Shown here piece by piece: positions 47,954 to 57,610 of a DNA stretch of 64,000 nucleotides. Every line of letters begins with the position of its first letter. The first letter of the stretch is position 1. The DNA lies in assembly GCA_964521405.1 (NCBI GenBank), contig CAZFRR010000065.1:357-64356 (forward strand), read 5' to 3'. The notes under the pieces are model-generated. The model was given only the letters and a program-made list of their open reading frames with translations. It did no database searches and was not told the DNA's origin. Source of the stretch: an uncultured Streptomycetaceae bacterium. Its GTDB lineage: Bacteria > Pseudomonadota > Gammaproteobacteria > Burkholderiales > SG8-41. A program made the translations under genes and the position numbers.

Positions 47954-48950
47954 TGTGAAACCTCCGACAGCTGCAGAAAATTATAACTCAACCGATCCCG
48001 GCACGACTCCCATCAGGCTCGCCGTGCCCGCCGGGTGCGCCGGCATGCGGTTGGACCAGGCCCTGGCGCACTTGTTGCCGGCGCATTCGCGAAGCCGGCT
48101 CGCACAGTGGATCAAGGCCGGCCGCGTCAGCCTCGCCGGTCGCGCCGCGCCGCCCAAGAAAAAAGTCCGGGAGGGCGAAGCGATCGAGGTCCTGCCCTCC
48201 CTGGATCCGGCAGCGGCGGCGCATCGCGCGGAAGACATTCCGCTCGAAATCGTGCACGAGGACGGCGCACTGCTGGTCGTCAACAAGCCGGCCGGGCTTG
48301 TCGTTCACCCCGGCAGCGGCAACTGGCAGGGCACGCTGTTGAATGCCCTGCTGGGACATGCGCCGGCGCTTGCCGGCATACCGCGTGCGGGGATCGTACA
48401 TCGCCTGGACAAGGACACCAGCGGCCTCCTGGTCGTCGCCAGGACGCTCCCCGCCCAGACCCATCTCGTGCGTCAGCTCCAGGCGCGCAGCGTGAAGCGG
48501 GAATATCTTGCAGTGGTTCACGGCCGCATCGCGCGTGGCGGCAGGATCGACGCCCCCATCGGCCGCCATCCGGTCAAGCGCACAAAAATGGCGGTGAGCG
48601 CGCGCGGCCGCTCGGCGGTGACGCACTATGAGGTGCTCGAACGTTTTGCCCAGGCCACGCTGCTGCGCTGCCGGCTCGAAACCGGGCGCACCCACCAGAT
48701 ACGCGTGCATCTCGCTTCGCTGGGCCATCCGCTGATCGGTGACCCTGCTTATGGCAAACGCAACAGCACGATTCCCTTCAGCCGTCAGGCGCTGCACGCG
48801 GAACGGCTCGGACTGGTGCATCCGCAAACCGGAAAACCGATGAGCTGGCACGCCGAGCCCCCCGCCGACCTGCGGCAGTTGCTAGAAACCCTGCGCGAAA
48901 CGCAAGGACAGCACGAGAAACGAGCAACGAGCAACGAGTCACGCCGTTGA
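47943..48950 (+). CDS. rluD: 23S rRNA pseudouridine synthase RluD
   Basis: ORF 47862..48950 with an S4 domain and the catalytic segment HRLDKDTSG. The start is uncertain: ATG 47943 overlaps the bamD start, and GTG 47955 is the alternative. Confidence 0.88.
   Translation: MNDIVKPPTAAENYNSTDPGTTPIRLAVPAGCAGMRLDQALAHLLPAHSRSRLAQWIKAGRVSLAGRAAPPKKKVREGEAIEVLPSLDPAAAAHRAEDIPLEIVHEDGALLVVNKPAGLVVHPGSGNWQGTLLNALLGHAPALAGIPRAGIVHRLDKDTSGLLVVARTLPAQTHLVRQLQARSVKREYLAVVHGRIARGGRIDAPIGRHPVKRTKMAVSARGRSAVTHYEVLERFAQATLLRCRLETGRTHQIRVHLASLGHPLIGDPAYGKRNSTIPFSRQALHAERLGLVHPQTGKPMSWHAEPPADLRQLLETLRETQGQHEKRATSNESRR
48913..48947. repeat. Lone 7-nt array (ACGAGAA ACGAGCA ACGAGCA ACGAGTC ACGCCGT) forming the last 12 rluD codons
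   Basis: Read directly. It ends at the rluD stop (48948-48950) and encodes [12 protein letters not shown]. Confidence 0.8.
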
Positions 48951-48952
48951 CG

Positions 48953-49738
48953 ATGAAATCGCCACACCCGGACTGGATCGTTCCCGACTGGCCCGCGCCG
49001 GCCAACGTCAAGGCCTTCATCACCACGCGGTCCGGTGGCGTCAGTGGCGGCGCCTTTGCCAGCCTGAATCTCGGGCTGCGCACGGATGACGACGCTCAGG
49101 CGGTCGCCGCCAACCGCAAACGATTGTGCGAGTCGCTGCCGCAGCAGCCGCAATGGCTGAAGCAGGTGCACGGCGCCAGCGTCGTCGAGGCCGACCGGCT
49201 TGCCGGGGTGCCCGAGGCTGATGCGGCGATTGCCCGCCAACCGGATACGGTCTGCGCGGTGCTGGTGGCCGATTGCATACCGGTGCTGCTCGCCGACCGC
49301 GCCGGCACCACCGTCGCCATGGCTCACTGCGGATGGCGCGGGCTGGCAGGCGGGATCCTGGAAAACACGCTAATGCGAATGTCTCAGCCGCCTGGGCAAA
49401 TCCTCGCCTATCTCGGCCCCGGCATCGGCCCGCGCGCTTTCGAAGTGGGCGCGGACGTGCGCGACGCATTCCTGGCAGTCGATGCACAGGCGGAAATCGC
49501 ATTCAAACCACACGCCACCGGCAAATGGCTGGCCGACCTCTTTCTGCTCGCGCGCCAGCGCCTCGCCCGCGCCGGCCTGAGCAGCATTCACGGCGGAGAG
49601 CTGTGCACCTTTACCGACTCACAGCGCTTCTTCTCCTATCGCCGCGACCGCACGACCGGCCGGATGGCAGCGGTCATTTGGCTGTCCGCCGAAACGGCGA
49701 ACAGCCAAATGACCGGAGGGATGAAGGCGGAAGGATGA
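48953..49738 (+). CDS. pgeF: Peptidoglycan editing factor PgeF (YfiH, laccase-domain protein)
   Basis: ORF 48947..49738 with ATG at 48953. rluD-yfiH synteny supports the call. The segment HCGWRG is present. Confidence 0.88.
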   Translation: MKSPHPDWIVPDWPAPANVKAFITTRSGGVSGGAFASLNLGLRTDDDAQAVAANRKRLCESLPQQPQWLKQVHGASVVEADRLAGVPEADAAIARQPDTVCAVLVADCIPVLLADRAGTTVAMAHCGWRGLAGGILENTLMRMSQPPGQILAYLGPGIGPRAFEVGADVRDAFLAVDAQAEIAFKPHATGKWLADLFLLARQRLARAGLSSIHGGELCTFTDSQRFFSYRRDRTTGRMAAVIWLSAETANSQMTGGMKAEG

Positions 49739-49829
49739 AGGATGACCTTGCCCGGCGCGAGCCGGGAGAAGGCCCTTTCGCCTTTCCCCTTTTCCTTTTG
49801 CCTTTTGCCTTTTGCCTTTCGACTTCCGC
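49715..49829. repeat. Short-period array hairpin, GATGAAG / CTTTTGC flavour
   Basis: The left arm GGAGG GATGAAG GCGGAAG GATGAAG GATGACC (49715-49747) includes the pgeF stop. The core hairpin is CCCGGC-GCGA-GCCGGG. Right arm: CCTTTCG CCTTTCC CCTTTTC, 3 x CTTTTGC, CTTTCGA CTTCCGC (49774-49829). Confidence 0.85.
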
Positions 49830-49877
49830 CTTATCACGTATAATCCGCGCCTCGTCTGAAACCCTGCAAAGATCTTG

Positions 49878-50654
49878 ATGACCCTCGCGTGGATACTGGC
49901 AGCGACCGTGGCGGGCGGCGTGCTCTCGGTCATTGCCGCAGCGGCAGTCGCGTTGAACGCGCGCGCTTCATGGGTCCCCATCCTCATCAGCTACGCGGTG
50001 GGCGCGCTGCTCGGCGCGGCGTTCCTGGAGATAATCCCCCACGCCTTCCAGATGAGCGACAGCATGGAACAGACGGCGGGCACCATCCTCGCCGGCATCC
50101 TGCTGTTCTTCGTGCTCGAGAAGCTGGTGCTGTGGCGCCATTGCCACGTCGAGCAATGTGAAGCGCACGACCCCCCGACCGCGCTGCATCACGATCACGG
50201 CCGCAGCGGCATGATGATCATGATCGGCGACACCTTCCACAATTTCGTGGACGGGATCCTGATTGCCGCCGCGTTCCTCGCCAATCACGAGCTGGGCATC
50301 GTCACCGCGATCGCGATCATCGCCCACGAAGTGCCGCAGGAAGTGGGCGACTTTCTGATCCTGCTGCATTCAGGCTACAGCAAGAGCCGGGCGATGCTTC
50401 TCAACCTGCTCTCGAGCGCGGCAATGGTGGCTGGCGGCGTGCTCGCCTATTTTGCCCTGCAGACGCTGCAGCATTGGGTGCCGTCCCTGCTGGCGCTTGC
50501 CGCGGCGAGCATGCTCTACGTTTCGGTGGCCGACCTGATCCCCGGCCTGCACCGGCGCCCCGAGCTCGCCGCCACGCTGCAGCAGGTCGTGCTGATCGGG
50601 CTCGGCGTGCTCACCATCTGGCTGGTGGGCGGCCTCGCGCATACGCACGCCTGA
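49878..50654 (+). CDS. zupT: ZIP-family zinc transporter ZupT
   Basis: ORF 49875..50654 with ATG at 49878. His-rich loop HHDHGRSG and segment HEVPQEVGDF are present. Confidence 0.88.
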   Translation: MTLAWILAATVAGGVLSVIAAAAVALNARASWVPILISYAVGALLGAAFLEIIPHAFQMSDSMEQTAGTILAGILLFFVLEKLVLWRHCHVEQCEAHDPPTALHHDHGRSGMMIMIGDTFHNFVDGILIAAAFLANHELGIVTAIAIIAHEVPQEVGDFLILLHSGYSKSRAMLLNLLSSAAMVAGGVLAYFALQTLQHWVPSLLALAAASMLYVSVADLIPGLHRRPELAATLQQVVLIGLGVLTIWLVGGLAHTHA

Positions 50655-50771
50655 ACACGCGCCGGCAACGCACCCCGGCGAGGCCTGCCGCAAGAAAAGT
50701 ATTCACTGTCTTGAAATACTGTCATCGGCGCGCCTTATACTGGCAGGCTGGCAAGACCGCGACCGCATGTC

Positions 50772-52511
50772 ATGAGTAATTCCTCCGACAACCTGAATGC
50801 CGCATCCGGGCTGATTGAAGCCTTCAACCGTCAGTTGCTGGCGAGCGTCGCCAGGCCGCTCGACCTCGACGCCAGCTTCGATCTCACGGAGATCCTACGC
50901 TCGCTGACGGATGGCCTCGCCCAGGATAGCGGTCGCTGGTTTGAGATCCAGAATCGCTACTACCGCCAGCGGCTCGAGCTATGGGCGGCCTATGTCGAGC
51001 CGCATCCCGGAGAGCCGGAGCCACCCGTCGTCGAAGCCGCGGCGTCCGACCGCCGCTTCCGCGCGCCTGAATGGCGCCAGGAGCCCTATTTCGATTACCT
51101 CTCGAGGTCCTACCTGCTGACGGCGCAATGGCTGCGCGAAATCGTGGATGCCGCCAGACTCGAGCCGCAAGCGAAACGCAAGGTTGAGTTCTACACGCGG
51201 CAGTTTGTCGACGCCATGTCGCCCGCCAACTTCGCCTGGAGCAATCCCGAAGCGATAAGGCTCGCCACTGAGACCGATGGCGAAAGCGTGGCGAGCGGGA
51301 TGCGCAACCTCGCCGCCGACCTCGACCGCGGCATGATCTCGATGACCGACGAGTCCGCTTTCGAGGTCGGCCGCAATCTCGCCGTCACGCCGGGCGCGGT
51401 GATCTACCAGAATGATTTCATGCAGCTGATCCAGTACCGCCCGGCGACGGACACCGTTCACGAGCGCCCGCTCATCATGGTGCCGCCCTGCATCAACAAG
51501 TACTACATACTCGACCTCCAGCCGGAGAATTCCTTCGTGCGCTACGCCGTCGAGCGCGGGCACACCGTGTTCATGGTGTCGTGGCGGAACATGCCCCCCG
51601 AGATGGGGCGGGCAACCTGGGACGATTACCTCGAGCACGGGGTCATGAAGGCCCTGTCGGTCGCGGCCGGGGCGTGCGGCGCCGAAAAAGTGAACGCGCT
51701 GGGTTTCTGCGTCGGCGGCACGCTCCTCGGTGCGGCGCTCGCCGTGCTGCGCGCCCGGGGAGATGAAAGCGTCGCAAGCCTCACGCTGCTCGCCGCCATG
51801 CTCGATTTCAGCGACACCGGCGAGCTTTCCGTGTTCGTGGACGATGCCTACGTCGCGAAGCGCGAGCACGATTTCGCGGCGGGCGGCGTGCTGCCCGGGC
51901 GGGAGCTCGCCATCACCTTTGCCAGCCTGCGCGCGAACGACCTCATCTGGCATTACGTGGTCAATAACTATCTCAAGGGCCGCACCCCCGAGCCGTTCGA
52001 TCTCCTCTACTGGAACAGCGACAGCACCAACCTGCCCGGGGCGATGTACAGCTATTACATTCGCAACACCTACCTTGAAAACAACCTGCGGGTGCCCGGC
52101 AAGCTTGCCATGTGCGGCGTGCCGGTGGACCTGGGGAAAGTGGACATGCCGGCGTACCTCCTCGCGACCCGCGAGGATCACATCGTGCCCTGGCGCACCG
52201 CCTATGCCAGCACCCGGCTGCTTGGGAGTAAAATCGAGTTCGTGCTCTCGGCCAGCGGGCACATCGCCGGCGTCATCAACCCAGCCTCGAAAAACCGCCG
52301 CAACTTCTGGTTGAATCCGCAGCCGGAGGAAGACCCCGGAAAATGGCTGGCCGCGGCGAGCCCGCAGCCGGGCAGCTGGTGGAAGCACTGGGCTGACTGG
52401 CTTGCCCCGTTTGGCGGGCCGCAGGTTCCCGCGCGCGCGCGGCTGGGCGGTGAACAGTACCGGGAAATCGAACCGGCCCCGGGCCGTTACGTCAGGGAAA
52501 AAAGCGGATGA
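50772..52511 (+). CDS. phaC: Class I poly(3-hydroxyalkanoate) synthase PhaC
   Basis: 579 aa with lipase-box-like GFCVGG. phaC-phaB-phaR neighbourhood supports the call. Confidence 0.93.
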   Translation: MSNSSDNLNAASGLIEAFNRQLLASVARPLDLDASFDLTEILRSLTDGLAQDSGRWFEIQNRYYRQRLELWAAYVEPHPGEPEPPVVEAAASDRRFRAPEWRQEPYFDYLSRSYLLTAQWLREIVDAARLEPQAKRKVEFYTRQFVDAMSPANFAWSNPEAIRLATETDGESVASGMRNLAADLDRGMISMTDESAFEVGRNLAVTPGAVIYQNDFMQLIQYRPATDTVHERPLIMVPPCINKYYILDLQPENSFVRYAVERGHTVFMVSWRNMPPEMGRATWDDYLEHGVMKALSVAAGACGAEKVNALGFCVGGTLLGAALAVLRARGDESVASLTLLAAMLDFSDTGELSVFVDDAYVAKREHDFAAGGVLPGRELAITFASLRANDLIWHYVVNNYLKGRTPEPFDLLYWNSDSTNLPGAMYSYYIRNTYLENNLRVPGKLAMCGVPVDLGKVDMPAYLLATREDHIVPWRTAYASTRLLGSKIEFVLSASGHIAGVINPASKNRRNFWLNPQPEEDPGKWLAAASPQPGSWWKHWADWLAPFGGPQVPARARLGGEQYREIEPAPGRYVREKSG

Positions 52512-52568
52512 TGCTGAAGCAACCATCCGTGGATTGACTCAATTGGTTTTCAGCGTGGAGGAGCAAAC

Positions 52569-53312
52569 ATGGCACAAAGAGTAGCGGTCGTAACCGGCGG
52601 CATGGGCGGCCTGGGCGAGGCGATCTGCATCAAGCTCGCGCAGATGGGCAACATCGTGGTGACGACTTATTCCCCCAGCAATACCAAATCCGGTGAGTGG
52701 CTGAAGGAGATGAAGGCCAAAGGCCATCAAGTGCAGGCCGTGCCGGCAGACGTGGCTGATTTCGATTCCTGCCAGAAGGCGGTGGCGAGCATTGTGGCCC
52801 GGACCGGGCCCATCGACATCCTGGTCAACAACGCCGGCATCACCCGCGACATGACTTTCAAGAAAATGGGCAAGGTCGACTGGGATGCGGTGCTGCGCAC
52901 CAACCTCGACAGCGTGTTCAACATGACGAAGCCGGTGTGCGACGCGATGGTCGACCGCGGCTGGGGCCGGATCATCAACATCTCGTCCATCAACGGCCAG
53001 AAAGGCGCGTTCGGCCAGACTAATTACTCCGCGGCCAAAGCCGGCATGCATGGGTTCACCAAGGCGCTGGCGCTGGAAGTCGCGCGCAAAGGCGTGACCG
53101 TCAACACGGTCTCTCCCGGTTACATCGGAACCAAAATGGTGCTGGCGGTTCCCAAGGAAGTGCTCGACGCCAAGATCATCCCGCAGATCCCGGTGGGCCG
53201 CCTCGGCAAGCCGGAAGAGATCGCCGGTCTGGTGGCCTACCTGTGCTCGGAGGAAGCCGCGTTCGTCACCGGCGCCAACATCGCGATCAACGGCGGCCAG
53301 CACATGTATTAA
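52569..53312 (+). CDS. phaB: Acetoacetyl-CoA reductase PhaB
   Basis: 247-aa SDR with VTGGMGGLG and the YSAAK catalytic context. Confidence 0.92.
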   Translation: MAQRVAVVTGGMGGLGEAICIKLAQMGNIVVTTYSPSNTKSGEWLKEMKAKGHQVQAVPADVADFDSCQKAVASIVARTGPIDILVNNAGITRDMTFKKMGKVDWDAVLRTNLDSVFNMTKPVCDAMVDRGWGRIINISSINGQKGAFGQTNYSAAKAGMHGFTKALALEVARKGVTVNTVSPGYIGTKMVLAVPKEVLDAKIIPQIPVGRLGKPEEIAGLVAYLCSEEAAFVTGANIAINGGQHMY

Positions 53313-53345
53313 TGATGCGCCGCGAGATACCGGCCGCATCATTAA
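53309..53345 (+). terminator. 11-bp hairpin TTAATGATGCG-N15-CGCATCATTAA overlapping the phaB stop, followed by TTT
   Basis: Read directly. The T-run is weak, so it could instead be a regulatory hairpin. Confidence 0.45.
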
Positions 53346-53432
53346 TTTACCGATATTTTTCAATCCTTTAGCCTTGCATTCACCCCGTCTTGGTGAAATA
53401 ATGATGCACCCCGGTACCACACGGTCATCCTC

Positions 53433-54059
53433 ATGACGCAATCGCCCCGGATCGTCAAGAAGTACCCGAATCGCCGGCTTTACGACACCGAAACAAGCAG
53501 TTACATCACGCTTGCGGACGTCAAGAAGCTGGTGCTGGAAACGGTTGCCTTCAAGGTGGAGGATGCCAAGACCCACGAGGACCTGACGCGCAGCATCCTG
53601 CTGCAAATCATCCTCGATGAGGAAACCGCGGGGGCGCCGATGTTCTCGAGCGACATGCTGTCGCAGATCATCCGCTTCTACGGCAACGCCATGCAGGGGA
53701 TGATGGGCAGCTATCTCGAGAAGAACATCCACACCTTCATCGAAATGCAGAAGCGCCTGCAGGACCAATCGCGGCAGATCTATGGCGACAACCCCATACT
53801 GGGCGCGGACGCGTGGAGCGAGTTCATCAAGATGCAGGGCCCCGCGATGCAGGGGCTGATGGGGAGCTATCTGGATCAGAGCGCCAACGCCTTCATGGAA
53901 ATGCAGCAGAACCTGCAGCAGCAAACCCGCAATCTCTTCGGCAACTTCCCGTTCCCCACCTTCACGGGCGGCGCACCGCGCCCGACGGGCGACGCCAAAT
54001 CACCGGGGTCGCCGGCGCATGACAGCGGCAAAAAAGAAGGCGGCGAAGGCAAGCCCTGA
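53433..54059 (+). CDS. phaR: Polyhydroxyalkanoate synthesis repressor PhaR
   Basis: 208 aa with N-terminal segment [21 protein letters not shown]. Confidence 0.92.
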   Translation: MTQSPRIVKKYPNRRLYDTETSSYITLADVKKLVLETVAFKVEDAKTHEDLTRSILLQIILDEETAGAPMFSSDMLSQIIRFYGNAMQGMMGSYLEKNIHTFIEMQKRLQDQSRQIYGDNPILGADAWSEFIKMQGPAMQGLMGSYLDQSANAFMEMQQNLQQQTRNLFGNFPFPTFTGGAPRPTGDAKSPGSPAHDSGKKEGGEGKP

Positions 54060-55422
54060 GCGGGCGGCGCGACCGCGCGCCCCGCACGCAGCACCCCAAC
54101 CCCGGGTCGGGTTTGTTTCCCTCGGTTGCCCCAAGGCGCTGGTGGATTCCGAGCGCATCCTCACCGAGCTGCGCGCCGAAGGCTACCTGATCTCTCCCAC
54201 TTACGAGGGCGCCGACCTCGTCGTGGTCAATACCTGCGGCTTCATCGATTCCGCCGTCGATGAATCGCTCGGCGCGATCGGCGAGGCGCTCTCGGCCAAC
54301 GGCAAGGTGATCGTCACCGGCTGCCTCGGCGCCAAGGGCGACATCGTCAGGAAAACCCACCCGCGAGTGCTCGCGGTGACCGGGCCGCATGCGACCGACG
54401 AAGTGATGCGCGCGGTCCACCGGCATCTGCCGCAACCCCCTTACGATCCGTTTGCGAGCCTGGTGCCGGTCCAGGGCATCAAGCTCACCCCGGCGCATTA
54501 CGCCTATCTCAAGATCGCCGAAGGCTGCAATCACCGCTGCACCTTCTGCATCATCCCCTCGATGCGGGGCGATCTCGTGAGCCGGCCGGTCGGAGAAGTC
54601 CTGCGGGAAGCGGAAAACCTGGTGAAAGCGGGCGTACGAGAGCTGCTCGTCATCTCGCAGGACACCAGCGCCTACGGCGTGGACGTCAAGTACCGCACCG
54701 GCTTCTGGAACGGCCGGCCGGTGAAGACGCGCATGACCGAGCTGGCCCGCGCGCTGGGCGGCCTCGGCGCGTGGGTGCGGCTGCACTACGTCTACCCCTA
54801 CCCGCACGTGGACGAAGTCATCCCGCTGATGGCGGAAGGCAGATTGCTGCCCTACCTGGATGTGCCGTTCCAGCACGCAAGCCGCAGGATATTGAAGCTC
54901 ATGAAGCGGCCGGCCAGCGCCGAGAATAATCTCGAGCGCATCCGCCGCTGGCGGGAGATCTGCCCGGAGATCACGCTGCGCAGCACATTCATCGCCGGCT
55001 TTCCGGGCGAGACGGCGTCCGAGTTCGAGGAATTGCTCGCTTTCCTCGAGCAAGCGCAACTCGACCGCGTCGGTTGCTTCGCCTATTCGGCGGTGGCTGG
55101 CGCCGCGGCCAACGCCCTGCCCGGCCCCGTGCCGGAAGCAGTGAAAGAAGAGCGTCGCGCCCGACTCATGAAGCTCCAGGAAAAAATCAGCGCCGGCCGG
55201 CTCCAGCGCAAAATCGGGAAAACACTGACCGTCCTGGTGGACGAGGTCAGTGCCGGGGGTGCGGTGGCGCGCTCCAGCGCCGATGCGCCCGAAATCGACG
55301 GCGTCGTCCACGTGGCGCCCGCTGCCGGGCTGAAACCCGGCGCCTTCGCCCGGGTCCGCGTGACGCGCGCCGATACCCACGATCTGTGGGCCGAATGGGT
55401 GAGTGATTCAGTGATTCAGTGA
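54019..55422 (+). CDS. rimO: Ribosomal protein S12 methylthiotransferase RimO
   Basis: Radical-SAM segment [11 protein letters not shown], with a UPF0004 N-terminal domain and a TRAM C-terminal domain. It is collinear with recalled E. coli RimO from [10 protein letters not shown] onward. The ATG at 54019 overlaps phaR by 41 nt. Confidence 0.9.
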   Translation: MTAAKKKAAKASPERAARPRAPHAAPQPRVGFVSLGCPKALVDSERILTELRAEGYLISPTYEGADLVVVNTCGFIDSAVDESLGAIGEALSANGKVIVTGCLGAKGDIVRKTHPRVLAVTGPHATDEVMRAVHRHLPQPPYDPFASLVPVQGIKLTPAHYAYLKIAEGCNHRCTFCIIPSMRGDLVSRPVGEVLREAENLVKAGVRELLVISQDTSAYGVDVKYRTGFWNGRPVKTRMTELARALGGLGAWVRLHYVYPYPHVDEVIPLMAEGRLLPYLDVPFQHASRRILKLMKRPASAENNLERIRRWREICPEITLRSTFIAGFPGETASEFEELLAFLEQAQLDRVGCFAYSAVAGAAANALPGPVPEAVKEERRARLMKLQEKISAGRLQRKIGKTLTVLVDEVSAGGAVARSSADAPEIDGVVHVAPAAGLKPGAFARVRVTRADTHDLWAEWVSDSVIQ

Positions 55423-55496
55423 TTGAGTGATTGAGTGCGAGAGGCCGCGCATTCAGCATAAGGCTACTGATCACCTAAACACCCAATCACCTAATT
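55401..55496. repeat. 8-nt-period array hairpin ((G/C)AGTGATT / AATCACCT flavour)
   Basis: The left arm GAGTGATT CAGTGATT CAGTGATT GAGTGATT GAGTGCGA (55401-55440) spans the rimO stop. Right arm: GATCACCT AAACACCC AATCACCT AATT (55469-55496). The array continues after the inserted element as AATTAATT ACCCAATC AC. Confidence 0.8.
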
Positions 55497-55647
55497 GCGC
55501 TGTGTCACAAGATAGATTCCCTCCCCCTCGACGGGGGAGGGTTAGGGTGGGGGTGAACCGCCTCAAGATGCGCAACTTTTTCACCCCCATCCCAGCCTTC
55601 CCCCATCAAGGGGGAAGGAGTTTCTCTGGTGTTTTGTGACACAGTGC
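55497..55647. mobile_element. 151-nt MITE-like element with 14-bp terminal inverted repeats and a candidate 4-bp AATT target duplication
   Basis: TIRs are GCGCTGTGTCACAA and TTGTGACACAGTGC (one G-T mismatch). AATT flanks both sides (55493-55496 and 55648-55651). The interior holds the same GC-rich hairpin modules as 36858-37023 but in permuted order. Confidence 0.6.
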
Positions 55648-55661
55648 AATTAATTACCCAA

Positions 55662-57608
55662 TCACTGGGCGACCCGGTCGCGAACTCGCGTGGTGAAAAA
55701 CGCCGCCGCCTCATTCACGTCGCGAGTGAGCTTCATGGGCGGCAGGCTCGCCAGCACGCGCTTGCCGTAACTGCGGGTGAGGAGCCGCGGATCGCAGATC
55801 ATGAGCACGCCGCGGTCGGTCTCATCCCGGATCAGCCGGCCCGCCCCCTGCTTCAGCATGATGACCGCCTCGGGCAGTTGATACTCGAAGAAGGCGCTGC
55901 GGCCCTCGCGGTTCATCCGGTCGATGCGCGCGGCGAGCACCGGGTCGTCGGGCGATGCAAACGGCAGCTTGTCGATTACGACCAGCGACAGCGCCTCGCC
56001 GCGCACGTCCACCCCTTCCCAGAACGAGTGGCTGCCCACCAGGACCGCGTTGCCGAGATCGCGGAAGCGCACCAGCATCTCCGAGCGCGAGCCCTCGCCC
56101 TGCGTGAGTAGCGGGTAATCGAGCCCGCGGGCCTCGAATGCCTGCCGCAGCAGCTGGTAGCCGTTTCGCATCGCGCGCAGGCTGGTGAAGAGCAGAAACG
56201 CCCCGCCGCCCGCCGCCTCGATGACCGGCAACGCGGCCTCCACCACGGCCTCCGTATGTTCAGTCGTATTGGGGTCGGGCAACCGCTCGGGGATACAAAG
56301 CAGGGCCTGCTCCGTAAAGTCGTAAGGGCTCGCCCAGCTCGCGGTACGCGCTTGCTCCAGCCCCATCTGGCCGCAGTAATGCGCGAAGTCGTTGTTGACC
56401 GACAGCGTCGCGGAAGTAAAGATCCACGCCCGCGCGTCGCCTTCGATCCGGGCTCCGAAGATCTCGGCGATCGACAGCGGGGTCGAGTTGAGATGCAGGG
56501 AATGGCTGAAGAGCTCGGCCCACTTCACGCGCGCCTCGTCCACCCCGCTCCTCCAGCGCTCGAGTCCTTCCGCCAGCGTGAGCGCCCGCTGCCAGCAGCG
56601 CTTGAGGCCTTCGCTGCGCTCGGCCTGGCTTTTCAGCCGGCCGGAAAGCTGGTCCAGCGCGGACAGCACGGCGTTCAACCCGGCCTCGAAATCCTTGTCG
56701 CCCTCGAGCATGCGCGCGGGCAGTCTGCCGCTCGCCTGGCTGAACGCCAGCCGGAGGTCGCGCGCGTATTTATCCAGCGCCTGCGCCGCCTCCGGCAACG
56801 GGGCATAGTCCTTAGCCGAGGCCGCTCCTTCCAGGCGAACGTCGCGAGCGAGCCCGGTCAGCTGGGAGGTTGAGATGCTTTCGCTGAAAAAAAGAGTCGC
56901 GGTCTCGGGCAGCTGGTGCGCTTCGTCGAAAATCACCGTGTTGCTGGCGGGCAGCAGCTCGGCCACGCCTTCGTCGCGCAACGCCAGGTCGGCGAAGAAC
57001 AGGTGATGGTTGACCACCACCACCTCGGCTGCCAGCGCCTTGCGGCGCGCCTCCATGACAAAGCACTTGTCGTAGTGCGGGCACGGCGAGCCGAGGCAGT
57101 TCTCGCGCGTGGAGGTGGCATGAAACCAGGCGCCCGAACTCTCCGGCACGCTGGAGCACTCGGCCTTGTCGCCGGTCAACGTGCTGCGGGCAAAGCGCTC
57201 GATCTCACTGAGATGCCGCACCTCCTCGCGCGTCGGCAGGCGGCCATCGTTCAACGCGCGCTCGAGATGGTAGTGGCAGACGTAGTTGGCACGGCCTTTC
57301 AGCAACGCCACCGTTACCGGCACCTTGAGCGCCTGGCGCACGGTGGGGATGTCGCGGTCGAACAGCTGGTCCTGCAGCGTCTTGGTGCCGGTGGAAATGA
57401 TGACCTTGCCGCCGGACAGCAGCGCCGGCACCAGGTAGGCGACGGTCTTGCCGGTGCCGGTGCCGGCCTCGGCGACCAACTGCCCCTTCCCGGCGATGGT
57501 TTCCGCCACCGCGTGCGCCATCTCGACCTGAAACGGCCGAGCGCGGAAATCCTGCATGACCCGCGCCAGCGGCCCCGCTGCGGAAAACAGGTGGTCGAGA
57601 TCGATCAA
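55662..57608 (-). CDS. DinG/YoaA-family Fe-S ATP-dependent DNA helicase
   Basis: ORF 55662..57734. A TTG start at 57608, 2 nt after the upstream stop, gives an N-terminus collinear with recalled E. coli YoaA. Walker A AGTGTGKT and DEAH (FDEAHQL) are present, with four Cys in CSS...C..SPC....KC. Confidence 0.88.
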   Translation of the reverse strand: MIDLDHLFSAAGPLARVMQDFRARPFQVEMAHAVAETIAGKGQLVAEAGTGTGKTVAYLVPALLSGGKVIISTGTKTLQDQLFDRDIPTVRQALKVPVTVALLKGRANYVCHYHLERALNDGRLPTREEVRHLSEIERFARSTLTGDKAECSSVPESSGAWFHATSTRENCLGSPCPHYDKCFVMEARRKALAAEVVVVNHHLFFADLALRDEGVAELLPASNTVIFDEAHQLPETATLFFSESISTSQLTGLARDVRLEGAASAKDYAPLPEAAQALDKYARDLRLAFSQASGRLPARMLEGDKDFEAGLNAVLSALDQLSGRLKSQAERSEGLKRCWQRALTLAEGLERWRSGVDEARVKWAELFSHSLHLNSTPLSIAEIFGARIEGDARAWIFTSATLSVNNDFAHYCGQMGLEQARTASWASPYDFTEQALLCIPERLPDPNTTEHTEAVVEAALPVIEAAGGGAFLLFTSLRAMRNGYQLLRQAFEARGLDYPLLTQGEGSRSEMLVRFRDLGNAVLVGSHSFWEGVDVRGEALSLVVIDKLPFASPDDPVLAARIDRMNREGRSAFFEYQLPEAVIMLKQGAGRLIRDETDRGVLMICDPRLLTRSYGKRVLASLPPMKLTRDVNEAAAFFTTRVRDRVAQ

Positions 57609-57610
57609 GC

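Noticed and set aside
53310-53407. The direct repeat TAATGATGC at 53310-53318 and 53399-53407 in the phaB-phaR spacer, considered as a PhaR operator.
   Set aside because: I cannot recall a PhaR consensus precisely enough to compare. The first copy is part of the post-phaB hairpin. Two 9-mers in an AT-richer spacer are not compelling.
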